This document shows, one piece after another, positions 49,534 to 62,916 of a stretch of 64,000 bases of DNA. The DNA lies in the NCBI GenBank assembly GCA_965603825.1, contig CBFDEM010000034.1, positions 1 through 64,000 on the forward strand, in the 5' to 3' direction. The first letter of the stretch is position 1. Each line of letters begins with the position of its first letter. A program made the position numbers and the translations under genes. The notes beneath the pieces were generated by a model, which made no database searches, was not told the origin of the DNA, and worked only from the letters and a program-made list of their open reading frames with translations. The stretch is from Blepharisma stoltei ATCC 30299. Lineage: Eukaryota > Protista > Ciliophora.

Positions 49534-50291
49534 TGCTTTCAAAGTAATAAAAAAATATTATATCAGCGCTCATATATACTTATAATTAAATGCATTAGAT
49601 AGACCTTTATTAATTTTAATACTGCTCAGTAAATCATGACAATTGAGTAGAAAAATCATTTTATTGAATCTAAAATATATTTTAATCTTAAAAAAATTCA
49701 AAAAGTAATTTTTAACGAAAGACAAATCAGAGGCTGGGCTTAAACTAATCTATCAATAGTGCATAATACGTCCTATATTGAATAAGACTAGCTATAGTAA
49801 CTATATTTCGCTTTCAAAATAATAAAAAAATATTATATCAGTGCTCATATTTACTTTGACAAAATGACTAGCTAGACTATTATAATAAAGATAATTAACT
49901 TTAATACTCCTCGGAAAATCATGATCAATTGAATAGAAAAATCATTTTTTGAATGCTAAAGAAAATCAATTTTTTATAAATTAAAGTTTTGAAATTTTTT
50001 TATATTAAAAATATTTCAGCTGGTATTTATAAAAATAAGAATGATATATTTTCTTAAGCCTATCCTATAATAAAATCTAATTTAAATTGCTTATTTATAT
50101 TATAATTGAAAATTTTTACATATATGTTTTGTAGCCTATATGATAGGCCAAATTTTATTAGATCTAATATTTTGTTTAATCTTAAAAAAAATTCAAAATT
50201 AATTTTTAACGAAAGACAAAGCAGAGGCTGGGGCTTAAATCTAAGCTCTCAATAATGCATAATAACTTCTAAATTGAATTAGACTGGCTAT
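49534..50291. repeat. Intergenic duplicated blocks X-Y-X'-spacer-Y'
   Basis: About 49534-49670 matches 49810-49955; about 49681-49795 matches 50176-50291 (shared TTTTTAACGAAAGACAAAnCAGAGGCTGGG). Confidence 0.85.
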
Positions 50292-50388
50292 TGGAGAAAT
50301 CATCTTTAATAAAATATTTTCACCTTTCTTTTGAAGAAATTTATAATCCTTATCAATTACTAAGATGCATAAGCTTAATAAAAAGAAA

Positions 50389-53300
50389 ATGCTATGGTGT
50401 TCCATTAAAGTTTGGCTTCTGATCCTTTGTGGAACCGTATTAGGCCAATTTCTCAATGTTCCTATTCTATATAGCGAATATACACCAAAGTCTGTGGTAG
50501 ACATGATATGAAAAGAATTTAATTGTCCAGACATCAGCTATGAAAGATGCCGTGGCAATCCCTATGCGTTTTTCATACCTTTAGAAATAAATGACTTAAA
50601 AGATTTTGAAGAATTCATAGAAAGCCAAGATATTATTTTTCTTATGGACATCACTCTTTCGTCAATTATAAGCTCCTATATCAGTTCGTATGCAGAAATT
50701 TATCGATTTATCCATCTCGTTTCCGGCTATACTCCCTCTATTATTCCACCTTTAACTTATTTCGCAGATGCTTATATCAGTGAGTTCCGAAATGGAGCCA
50801 TTTCTTTAGTAAAATATTTTGGCTTACAAAAAGTTGTTGTACTTTTGAGTCAAGAAAACTCAGAGATGGATTTTCGAGTTGCCTCTGATATTGAGGTAGT
50901 TTTTGAAACAATTCTTCCACCTGGACTTTCTTATGAAACCATTTATATCATTGTTTCTAAACAGATTAAGCCACTTGGCATAAAAACACTTATTATTGCG
51001 ACTGATGAGTATCTTTGTAAGTTAATCCAGCAAGCCATTATAGAAGCTGAGATGGATAAGGACGAGTATGTCTATATTTTTATCCACCAAAGTGCTTGAA
51101 CTGCTTATCTTGAAGGAGCATTTTTAATCGAAGATTATTGATGAATATCTAAAAGCTCTGAGGAGTATGCAGCTATATTGATTAATCATGTAACCAGTTT
51201 TTTAATGAGTCTTATGTATGTATATCCTATTACAGGGACGTATTCATTATATACAATATATGGATTTTTGCTAAGCCAAGTCAGTCTTAAGAGATTTTAT
51301 TTTTTCAATATACAAGATAATCAAGTTAATTTGTTAGGAAATATTACTGACAGTATTGTTAACCCATATGTTCCAATTAACTTCAAAGGAGGAGTGATTC
51401 CTGATAATTCAAAGATAAAAATCCCAATAAGTATTTCAGGTGGATATGCAAATCCAGATGGATCTATATATCTCTATAATTCAGAATGCCAATATGGGTC
51501 AGTTTGTGCTGTAAATGCTATTAATACAGAGTTTAATATTCTTGAGAATTTTGATCTTGTTGTTTACAATATAACAGATTGTGGAGCTTCTTATTTTGAT
51601 AGCAGTTATGCAAGTGCATGCTTTAGTAAACATATAAATGATTTGGGCTATTTCCACGTCCCCTTTCAACAAATTTCTATGATTGATGGCACCATGACTG
51701 TTTTTAAAGCCTTAAATATTTCAGTCCCTGTACTAGGTGTTCAAGCTTCAACATCATTAAATAGTGATTATTATCCTCAATATACAAGTGTGTCATTTTC
51801 CAACACTTATACAGCAAATGCCATTGTATTTCTTCTTGCTTCATATAGAATTAACAGAGTTTCATTACTTCACCTTGATACTTCTTCAGGGAACAATTTT
51901 AAAAATCAGTTTTTAAGCCAAGCAGAAGCGTATAAAATTGAAATTTTAAATAAAAATCAAACAATTCCAAGTGCTTATAATGGGACTGATAAATCCATGC
52001 TCCAAGAGATCATTGATATAAAATCGAGATATATCATAATAGAAGTAACCAATACTGAAGTGTTTTCAGTAATAAATGGTTTCTATGACTTAGGAATGAG
52101 AAAAGGAGACCTTTACTTAATTTTTGCAGGAGGTTTTAGTGTATCAAACTCAGATATCGTTGAAAGTCAGTATAAACAACTATTTGAAATTGCAGACGGA
52201 TCTCTTTATATAACATTTTTGTCATTCTATGGATCATATGGAAAACAAATTTATTCAACATTTGAGCAAAAGTATGGACTCGTATATGATTACATGTGTC
52301 TATTTTATGATGCAACTTATTTAGGAGCTTATGCAATAGATTCAATGATAAGCAGAGGATTTAATTTAAATAGCTCAGGGATTGAAGAATGGATAAGAAA
52401 AGTCCAGTTTAAAGGGTGCTCTGGAAATGTCCAAATAAGCAAAAGCGGAAATGACAGGTCTACTATAAAGGTAGGGGTTTATAATTTAAAATTAAATAAC
52501 ACCAGCTGGGATATTATATTGAGCGGAGTTCATGACCCTACAAAAGTGGTAGTTTTAGAAGCTTTAGCAGATGTTTCATGATATATTGAAAACAATGGGG
52601 TTCTTCCAAGTGAGATTATTGGGGATGATTTATCTTGCCCATTTAAGTCTGATGAAATTAGGTCATTCCTTTATGGATACTTAATTGTCGTTATCATTGG
52701 AGGCTCTTGTCTTATTTTTGATATCTATTTTCTCTATAAAAGTTTCGACAGTACTGTTGCGAGAAAATTTTCCCAGCTTCAGTGTAAAACTGAAGAAAAT
52801 TTATTAGACCATTTACAGTATTTTATAATGATAATTGAATGCTTGCAGTATATAGCTATTGGCCCTGATTTTAAAGATGTATTTCCTGACTCTTTTAATA
52901 GAATCACTAAAATTTCAACATTAGATCTACGAGGCTGGAATCAAAAATATGAATGGAAAATCTGGTACCAAATTACCTTAATGGAGTCTATTTTAGGCCT
53001 TTGGCTTGTTTTCTTGGTTTTAAGTATTTTTGAGTTCTGGAGAAAATGGAAAATATCGTTAATCATCATAGTCAGTGAAATTGGAAAAATCTGCCTTCCT
53101 ATTATAGGAGATATTTTATTTTTGCCTATGATTTGGTTTTTATTACTGACTTTTCAATGCACAGAAAGTATCGGGGATAAGTTTACAGAGAGTTTTCATA
53201 ATCAAGACTGCACTGTTTTTTGCTGAAAAGATGACCATATTAAATATGCAGTTGGGTCAGCTGCTTCAATTTTGTTTTATTTGCCTGCAAGCTTATATTA

Positions 53301-53862
53301 TAGACCTGCTTGAAAAGATAATACTGGGGATATGGTTTTTCACTTTAAAGAGCAGCCTTATCATTCAGTTATCAAAAGCTTTATGCAGATTCTTTTAGTT
53401 GTTCTTAATGTTGCATTGCTGCCTTATTCTGATACTGCTTATACAGTCTGCTTTGTTTTTATTATTGGAGCTTTTGGGGCGTTTACATTATATAAAAAGC
53501 CTTATAACTATGATAGAGCTTCTCTATGGTATAGCTTATTTATTTTTAGCTGTGTTTGGCTTTGAATTTGCTGTGAGGTTGCAAGATTTAATGTGGTTTT
53601 TTCGGAGTGCATTATGGGGGTTGGCTGGTTTTTGCTAATTGTTATTGGAGTTATTTATCAAAAAAGAAAACTTCCTTCATTTTTGGAGACTCCAAAAGGG
53701 CAAGATATTTTGAGGCTATTTAAATTTCAGTTATCTAGAAGATCGCCTTTTCAAGCTGGAATCCAGTCTTCAGCAGTTTATAGTTATGTGGACAATAGCA
53801 GTGGAGATATAAAAAAGAGCGACAATAATAGTGAAAATTTTTCTATAGGTTTTTTGCATTAA
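50389..53862 (+). CDS. Receptor-like protein B (double Venus-flytrap + multipass TM), about 1157 aa
   Basis: Colinear paralog of A, single frame with TGA=Trp; alternative in-frame ATG at 50365. Confidence 0.88.
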
Positions 53863-54249
53863 TATCAAGTATGATTATAAATTTAAACTGCTCAAATGAT
53901 TCTAAATAATAAATAATGGCTTTTTTAGCAATTGCTGACTTATAAATTAAATACTAATAAATATTACTAATTTTAACAAATGTAATATTCAATAATAGCT
54001 CCTTAAATGCGATTTTTATAGAATTAATAAATATTCTAATTTTGTGCATACCTATAGTTTATCACAAATTTTTCTTAACGATAAATTAATTTTCAACTTA
54101 AAAAATAAAAATCTAGAATGTAGTCGCCTAAAATAAAAGCTTTAAAAATCATAAAACTTGCATTTATTACATTTAAATTTTATATTTTCTTGAATTAGAC
54201 TTATCCGTTTTATATAATTGATTAAAAATTTTCATTAATTTTTATCAAT

Positions 54250-54627
54250 ATTCCGAGTATTATCGAGGCATGTTTTAGTTTTTATAAATTTGCATTGAGT
54301 CAGTGCCTCATTGTTCTTATTTTATACAGCCGATTCGCTCCTGCATCTATAAATACACACTATTATGAATGAGTATTATTGTCAGGTCTAGGCTTAGGGC
54401 CATGCAAACCGAATCCTAATGCATTTTACATCAAAATCGAAATAAATCATATAAATGGCGTTGAAGACCTTATAGCTAATAGAGATATCACTTATATGAA
54501 GTAACATTTTCAACAATTATGTTTTCTCATATCAGTGCATGTGCAAAACTATATAGCTTCATGCATTTAATCTATGATTTTATTACAGATAACCCTCTCA
54601 GCTTATTTATTTTTCTGGCACCTGAGA
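54250..54627 (+). pseudogene. Truncated, decayed 5' duplicate of receptor C
   Basis: Near-identical stretches to 55063-55450 (e.g. GAAGACCTTATAGnTAATAGAGATATCACTTAT) with stops and indels. Confidence 0.88.
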
Positions 54628-55062
54628 TAGAGCCTCAGCTCGGTCTACAAGCAAACAATCCCTAGATCATTAGGGCAACACCTTAGAGTTATGCCTTAGG
54701 AAAGTTATGATTCCTGCTCTTTCCATACAAAAAACAACTATATGTAATCATTTATATGAAAATAAATTTAATACATAAATAAAATTGTTTTGCCTTTGCT
54801 TTAATTTTTAAACATAATCTCCTAAAAATGGGTGATTATTTTTTTATATATATGGAATTTCTTATAACCTTAAAACAATTTCATTTATAATTATTCAAAG
54901 TAATAAGACTCTTCACATATAAAAATCTAAGAAATATCAATATCAAAACTAAAATTAAAATTAATTTATAGTAAATTTTCTCCTATTTAAAGTTTTAAAA
55001 ATTATCTCATTTAATGTTAAAATTTGTTTATATATTGATAAAAATATTCAGTAATTTTATGA

Positions 55063-58000
55063 ATGTTGAATATTATCAAGCTTAAATTTTGAATATTATT
55101 CAATTTCATTCTAGGTCAATACCTTAATGTTCCTATTTTATACAGCCAATTCACTCCTAGCACTATAAAAGACATTGTCGTGAATCAGTATTTTTGCCCA
55201 GGTCTAGGCTTCGAGCCATGCAAATCGAATCCGAATGCATTTTACATTCCAATAGAAATCAATCATATAAATGACTTTGAAGACCTTATAGTTAATAGAG
55301 ATATCACTTATTTATTTGACATAACATTTTCAACTATTATGACTTCTCATATCAGCGCATACGCAAAACAATATAACTTCATGCATTTAATCTATGGCTT
55401 TCCCCCAGAAAACCCTCGTCAGCTAACTTACTTTTCTGACTCCCAAGAAATCATAATAAGAGACGCTGCAGTGTCATTTGTTAAATATTTTGGCTGCCAA
55501 AAAGTTGTAGTGTTTTTGAGTCAAGAGCTCTTTGGGATGAGTTTTAAGGATGTAAGTGACGTCGAAATTGCTTATGAAGCTGTAATTCCTTCAGGAATCT
55601 CTTATGAAGCAATTTCTCTTATTGTATCAAAGGAAGTTAAGCCGTTAGGAGTTAAAATAATTATTATCGCAACTACCGAGAATATTTCAAAACTGTTACA
55701 AAAAGCAATAGAAGAAGCTGCTATGAATAAGGAGGGTTATGTCTTTATCTTTCTACATCAAAGTGCTTGGACTGCATACCTGGAAGGAGCAATATTAATA
55801 GAAGAATATGATTGAATTCCTACAGGAGTAGAAAATTATATAGAAATTCTAATAGAAGGAGCAACAACCTTTTTACTAAAGTTTATGAATATGAGTCTAA
55901 TACAAGGAAGTTTTTCATTATACTCATTTTATGGTATTCTTATTAATCAAATCAATACTGAAAGGTTTTACCTCTTCAATATTCAAAATAATCAGCGAGT
56001 GCTTATAGGAAATATCACAAACAATGCTGTTAATTTGCAATCTTCTCCTATTTTTCCAGGAGGTACAACAAATAGTCCCAATAAATCTAAGTTACAAATC
56101 CCCATAAGTATAGCTGGAGGGGCAAGTAATCCAGATGGATCCACATATAATTTTAATGCGATATGTCAGAATGGGTCAATTTATGCCATGAATTATGTAA
56201 ATGCTGATTCTGACATACTTAAAAACTTTGAACTTGTAATAAACAATATAGAAGATTGTGGGGCTTCTTATTTTGAGAGTGAATATGCAACCGATTGCTA
56301 CACTAAGCACTCCAATGATTTGGGATATTTTCATATTCCACCTGAGCCACTTTATATGGCTAATGGTATTTTAACAGTTTTTGAGTCTCTAAATATTTCA
56401 GTCCCTGTAATAGGTATCAAATCTTCTGCTCTAATGGAAAATAATTATTATCCTCAATACACAAGCGTTACTTTTTCTAATGCATATACAGCAAGAGCAG
56501 TCGCTTTGTTATTATCATCATTCGGAATTAAAAAATGCTCATTGCTATATCTTGATACTTCTTGAGGTCAAAATTTCAAAAATCAGTTTATCAGTCAAGC
56601 AAAGCAATATAATCTAGAAGTTTTGAACAAAATTCAAGCAGTCCCTCAAGGATATGATGGTACGAACAAAACCATTATCCAAGAAATTGTTGATTTGAAG
56701 ACAAGATATGTCATTATGGAAGTTTCTGATTCTGAAAACTTTTCAATTATAGAAGCTTTTTATGACTTAGGAATGAGGAGAGGAGACCTTTATTTGGTGC
56801 TAGGGGAAGGAGGCTTCAGTGCTTCAAATAGTTATATAAGTTCTGACTTATACAACAAAATAACAGAAATTGGGGACAGAGCTCTTTATATGTCATCACT
56901 AACATATTATGGGAAATTTGGAAAATCCATTCGTAAAGCGTTTTTTGAAGAGTATAGGTTTGCAAATGACTATATGTGCCAATTTTACGATGCAACTTAT
57001 CTCGGAGCGTATGCAATAGATTCAATGATAAATAGAGGATTTAACGTAAATAGCCAAGGAATAGAAGAGTGAATAAGAAAAATCAAATTTACTGGCTGCT
57101 CAGGAAATGTGCAGATAAGCAAAACTGGAGCTGACCGATCAACTATACAAGTCGGAGTCTATAGTTTAAGGTTAAACAGCACTAGTTGAAGTATCTCACT
57201 AAGTGGAATCAACGATCCTACAAAATCTGTATATTATGAGTCTATAAATAAAATTTTATGATATGCTGATAATGATGATATTCTTCCAAGTGACATTATT
57301 GGGGAAGACTTATCATGCCCATTTAAACTTGAAGAAGTTAGACAATTTTTTCATGGCTATTTAGTCCTCATTATCTTTGGGAGTTCTTTTCTAGCTTTTG
57401 ATATATATTTGATTTATAGGTTTTTTAAAAATTCTTCAAATAATCAGATTCCTATGCTTATAGAGAAAGTTGAAGCAAATATTTTTGATTATTTTATATA
57501 TTTAGCAATGCTTATAGAGTGTTTGCAATATATATCGATAGGTCCAGATTTAACTGATATATTGCCAGAATCCTTAACTAAATTTTCTAAAATTTCAATA
57601 CTAGACATTAGAGAGTTTATCCAAGTTGATCATTATAAATTTTTTTATCAAATGATTATGATTCACATTATTTCAACTCTATGATTAATTTTTCTTTTAA
57701 GAAAGATTTTTGATTGGTTGAGAAACTGTAAATTTATATTGATATCAATGATTATTAGAGTCGGAAATTGCTTTCTTTTGACTGTAGCTGATATTTTTTT
57801 CTTGCCTATCATTTACTTTTTATTTTTGGATTTTCAATGCATAGAGAGTATAGGAGATACCTTTGAAAAAAGCTTTCTTAACCAAGATTGCACTATTTTC
57901 TGCTGAAAAGGTGAGCATAAAAATTATGCTGCCTCTTCATTTGTGTTTCTCTATTTGTATTTACCTGCAAGCTTATATTATCGACCGCATTGAAAAGATT

Positions 58001-58533
58001 TGTTTGAGGATATAAATTTTCATTTTAATGAGCAGCCTACAAATTTAATTGTTAAAAGTTTCTTACAGATTGTGCTAGTTATTTTGAGTACAACTCTTTT
58101 ACCTTATTCTAGAATTGTCTTTAATATATGCTATGCAGCAATTATAGCGGTTTTTGGGATATTTACATTGCTTAAAATGCCTTTTAATTATGGAAGGGCT
58201 TCTCTATGATACTCAATATTTATTTTTGGCTGTGTCTGGCTTTGAATTTGTTGTGAAATTGCTAAATTTAATATAATTTTTGCCCAGTGCGCTCTTGGAA
58301 TTGGCTGGTTGTTATTAGGACTTATAGGAAATATTTATCAAAAACTAAAACTCCCATCATTTTTAGAAGATCCTAAAGGGCAAGACATTTTAAAGCTGTT
58401 TAAATTTCAGCTCTCTAGAAATTCTCCTTCAGAAGCCGGAATCCAAAATACTGTGAAGTACCATTACGCTAGCCAAGACAACCAAGATAACAACCAAATT
58501 AATGAAATTTTCTCTCTTGAAATTTCAGATTAA
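55063..58533 (+). CDS. Receptor-like protein C (double Venus-flytrap + multipass TM), 1156 aa
   Basis: Colinear paralog; all fragments in one frame with TGA=Trp. Confidence 0.88.
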
Positions 58534-59427
58534 AAGTCAAAGCTGCATTCTGAATTTCACTGGATTCCTAATTGCAATAATTAAGCATTCTTTTGATAGC
58601 CTAATAATGTGGGATAAATTTTATTTATAAATAATTACGAAAGACTACTAAAATAAAGAGCAAATCTATTATTATGTAAAATATTTTTTTAAATTTATAA
58701 GGGAATATCGATATGAAAAAGAAAGAGAGGTTTTAACAAAAGAAGAATGAGCTTAGGTATAAGAATTATCAGGAGCGGGAAAAAATTGATGATAAATATA
58801 AAAAAAGTTTACTTAACCCTCTGCAAGCGAAAAACCATTTATACCACAAAGAGACTTCTTTGAAATCACACAAAACGGCACCTGTGATAGCGGAGACCTA
58901 AAGAAAATCGTTAAATTGAGCCAGCAGTACCCAGGCAGGATATCCAAAAGTTAAATCTAAAAATAATTAATTTAGCTTGATTAAATTTGGATAAAATTAA
59001 GATTAATATATCAGCAAATTACTTTAATGTTTATAAGCTTGATTTTTGCTTATATAATTACAGCAAATAAGCCTAGAGCATCTCATCTCTCATAGAATTC
59101 AAATTAAATATATTCGTTAAGTCTAATTAGCATTTATCAATAAAAATTCAAATTTTTACTTAAATAAAGCAAAATTGATTCTTTAATATTCCCAGCCTAT
59201 TTTCTATTCAGACTTTTTTTTTTATTTGCAATAAGAATCGATTTTATATTTTATCTTAAAAAGTCCTTATAAAATTAAATAAAATTGAAACTAACCTAAA
59301 TTTATGCTAAAACATTTTAATCATATTTTATTGCAAAATTAGCTCTGCAACACAAAAGTTTAAAAATTCAAAAAGTTTTTTGCAGGTTAAATGAATGACT
59401 ATATAATTTAACATAATTTAATAGGAA

Positions 59428-62400
59428 ATGATGCACATCCCTATGAAATATTACTTCCTGCTATTTTGTGAAGTAGCATTTGGCCAGTTTATGACAATTC
59501 CTCTTTTATACAGCAAATATACTCCTGAGATAATAAAAGAGGTTCTTTTGACAGAATATAATTGCCCAGATCTTAGCTCAGAAAGATGCATAGGCAACGC
59601 GGATTATTTTTTCGTTCCTTTGGAAGTAAATGATGCTAATGATTTCCTGGAATTTATCGTCGGACAAGATATTTTATTTTTATATGACATAACTTACTCA
59701 TCAGTAATAAGTGCATATATTGATGCATTTGCAACACAGTTTTTATTTATGCATTTGGTATCTGGATATACACCAAATGCTATTCCACCATTAACTTATT
59801 ATGACCACACCAGATATACTTTAATAAGAGATGGAACAATTGCTTTAGTGAAACATTTCGGTTGGCAAAAAATCATTGTTTTTGTTAGTAAAGATTTCTC
59901 TGAGATGGATTTTCAATCTGTGACAGAAGTTGAAATCGTTTTTATTACAATTCTTCCAAGCGGACTTTCATATGAAACCATATATATCATTGTTTCAAAA
60001 GAAGTCAAACCTCTAGGGGTAAAAACAATCATAATAGCAACAGATGATAATATGTCTAAACTAATTCAACGAGCAATAATAGAAGCTGAAATGAACACAA
60101 AAGACTATATTTATATTTTTCCCCATCAAAGCGGATGAAGTGCATATCTTGAAGGAGCACTTACATTAGAAGAGTACGCTTGGATGCCTAAAAATGTTGC
60201 GAATTATGCTGAAATTATAATTAACTACTCAGCAGATTTTTTAATGAATCTTATGAAATATTATCCAATACAAGGCTCTTTTTCGCTATATACGTTTTAT
60301 GGATTTATACTTACCCAAGTTAACCTTGAAAGGTTCCACATTTTTAATATCCAAAACAGTCAGCCAGTATTAGTTGGAAATATTACCAATAGAGTGGTCT
60401 CTTTCTATACCCCTCCTATTTTTAATGGAAACACAACCACACCTCCTGACAATTCAAAGTTAAAACTGCCTATAAGTATTTCTGGAGGAAGTATTAATCC
60501 AGATGGATCTACTTATATGTATAATGCATACTGTCAACTTGGCTCAGTTCATGCTATAGATTCTATTAATTCCCAGTCAAAAATCCTTGAAAATTTTGAT
60601 TTGGTCATCAACAATATAACAGACTGTGGGGCTTCTTACTTTGATAGTAATTATGCAAGTAGCTGTTTTAGTAGGCATTCAGCAGAGCTAGGGTATTTTC
60701 ATGTCGCTGCTCAGCCAATTGTCATGACAGAAGGTACATTAACTGTTTTTAACTCCTTAAATATTTCAGTTCCAGTACTCGGAGTTGAGTCATCAAGCTC
60801 ACTTAGCAACGATTTCCACTCACAATATGCAAGCGTGTCATTTTCAAACACATACACAGCAAATGCAATTGCTTTACTCCTCGCCTCTTTTAGAATCACC
60901 AAAGTTTCTCTGCTATATCTTAATAACCCTTGAGGCGAAAATTTCAAAAGGCAATTTCTTAATAGAGCAGAGTCATATAAAATTGAAGTTATGAACAAAA
61001 ATCAAGCAGTTCCTAGTGGCTTTAATGGCACAGACAAATCATTTGTAAAAGAAATTGTTGATTTAAAGACAAGATATATAGTAATTGAAGCAACAAATAC
61101 TGAAATGTTTTCTATTGTAGTGGCTCTTTATGATTTAGGAATGAGGAAAGGGGACGTTTATTTGATTTCTGGAGGAGGGTTAGGCCTAACAAGCAATGTT
61201 CAATATGTAATAGGTGAAGATTCATATAATAAACTAATAGAGCTCGGAGATGGATCAGTTTATGTTACTTTTCTGTCATATTACAACGCATTTGGGGAAC
61301 AGATTTATGGAGAATTTCTCAAAGAATATGAGGTTGTGTATGATTATATGTGTTTATATTATGATGCAACTTATCTAGGGGCATATGCAATAGATTCAAT
61401 GATAAGCAGAGGATTTAATTTAAATAGTTCAGGAATTGAAGAGTGAATAAGAAAAGTCCAGTTCACAGGATGCTCAGGAAATGTCCAAATAAGTAAAAGT
61501 GGCAATGATAGGTCAACTATAAAGGTTGGAGTTTATAATTTGATTAGAAACAACTCGAATTGGCAGCTAACATTGAGTGGGATTAATGATCCTACTAAAG
61601 TGGTTGTCTATGAGTCTTTAGTTGATATTTCATGATACACTGATAATAATGGAATTCTCCCAAGTGATATTATAGGAGCTGACTTGTCCTGCCCATTTAA
61701 ATCTGAACAAGAGCAATCATTTTTATACGGCTATCTGATTCTTCTTATTATTGGAGGGTCTTTTTTAATTTTTGATATATATTTTCTCTATAAAAATTTG
61801 GAATTTACATTATCAAGAAAGTATTTAATGCTCCAATGTAAAACCGAAGAAAATATACTAGACAACCTTATGTATTTTGCAATGATAGTGGAATGTTTCC
61901 AATACATCTGCATAGGCCCAGATTTTACAGACTTATTTCCTGGGTTTTTTAAAAAGATAATAAAAATTTCAGCACTCGATTTCAGAAATTTTTCGAAAAG
62001 TTTTGACTGAACAATATGATACCAAATAATCATGATGGAAATTATTTTGGCAGTATGGCTTTTTTTCCTTATTGGCAAAATATTTAACGTTTGAAGAAAA
62101 TGTAAAATTCAGCTGTTTGTAATAATAAGTGAAATCGGCAATGTTTTACTCCCTATTATAGGTGATATTTTATTTTTGCCGATAACATGATTTTTATTAC
62201 TAACTTTCCAATGTACAAAAAGCATAGGAGACAACTTTAAGGACAGTTTTCACAATCAAGACTGCAGTATTTTTTGTTGGCAAGATGAACATATCAAATA
62301 TATCGCAGGATCATCTTTAGCGATTTTGCTTTATTTGCCTGCAAGCTTGTATTATCGACCTTCTTGAAAAGATAACACTGGAAATTTAGTTTTTCACTTT

Positions 62401-62916
62401 AAAGAGCAGCCTTATAACTCAGCAATTAAAAGTTTTATGCAGATTGTTTTAGTTGTGATGAATACAACTCTTTTGCCTTACTCTGATATTGCTTATACTG
62501 TATCATTTGTTTCCATCGTCTCAATTTATGGAGTTTTCACATTATTTAAAAAGCCATACAATTACGATAGAGCTTCTTTATGATACACAATTTTTATTTT
62601 TTGTTGCATTTGGCTTTGGATTTGCTGTGAAGTTGCAAAATTTAATATGGTTTTTGCTGAGTCAATTATAGGTGTTGGCTGGGTTTTGCTAGGAATTATT
62701 GGAATTATTTATCAAAAACGAAAACTGCCATCATTTTTAGAGTCTCCGAAAGGGCAAGACATTTTAAGGCTCTTCAGGTTTCAGCTTTCAAAAAAATCGC
62801 CATTTCAAGCAGGAATTGAAGCTTCTGTTAGCTATATTTATATTGACCAAAGCAGCAGTGATAATAAAAAAAGTGATTTGTTTAGTGAAGGGTTTAATGT
62901 GGAGTTTTTGCATTAA
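59428..62916 (+). CDS. Receptor-like protein D (double Venus-flytrap + multipass TM), 1162 aa
   Basis: Colinear paralog; all fragments in one frame with TGA=Trp. Confidence 0.88.

Noticed and set aside
58760-58950. GC-richer patch between receptors C and D
   Set aside because: No terminal repeats, sustained ORF or homology that I can recognise.
2745-62671. Many antisense or overlapping ORFs in the track (e.g. 2745-3332, 7514-7939, 9544-9921, 19038-19436, 20712-21095, 33952-34371)
   Set aside because: Shadows of well-supported genes on the other strand or frame, with no motifs.
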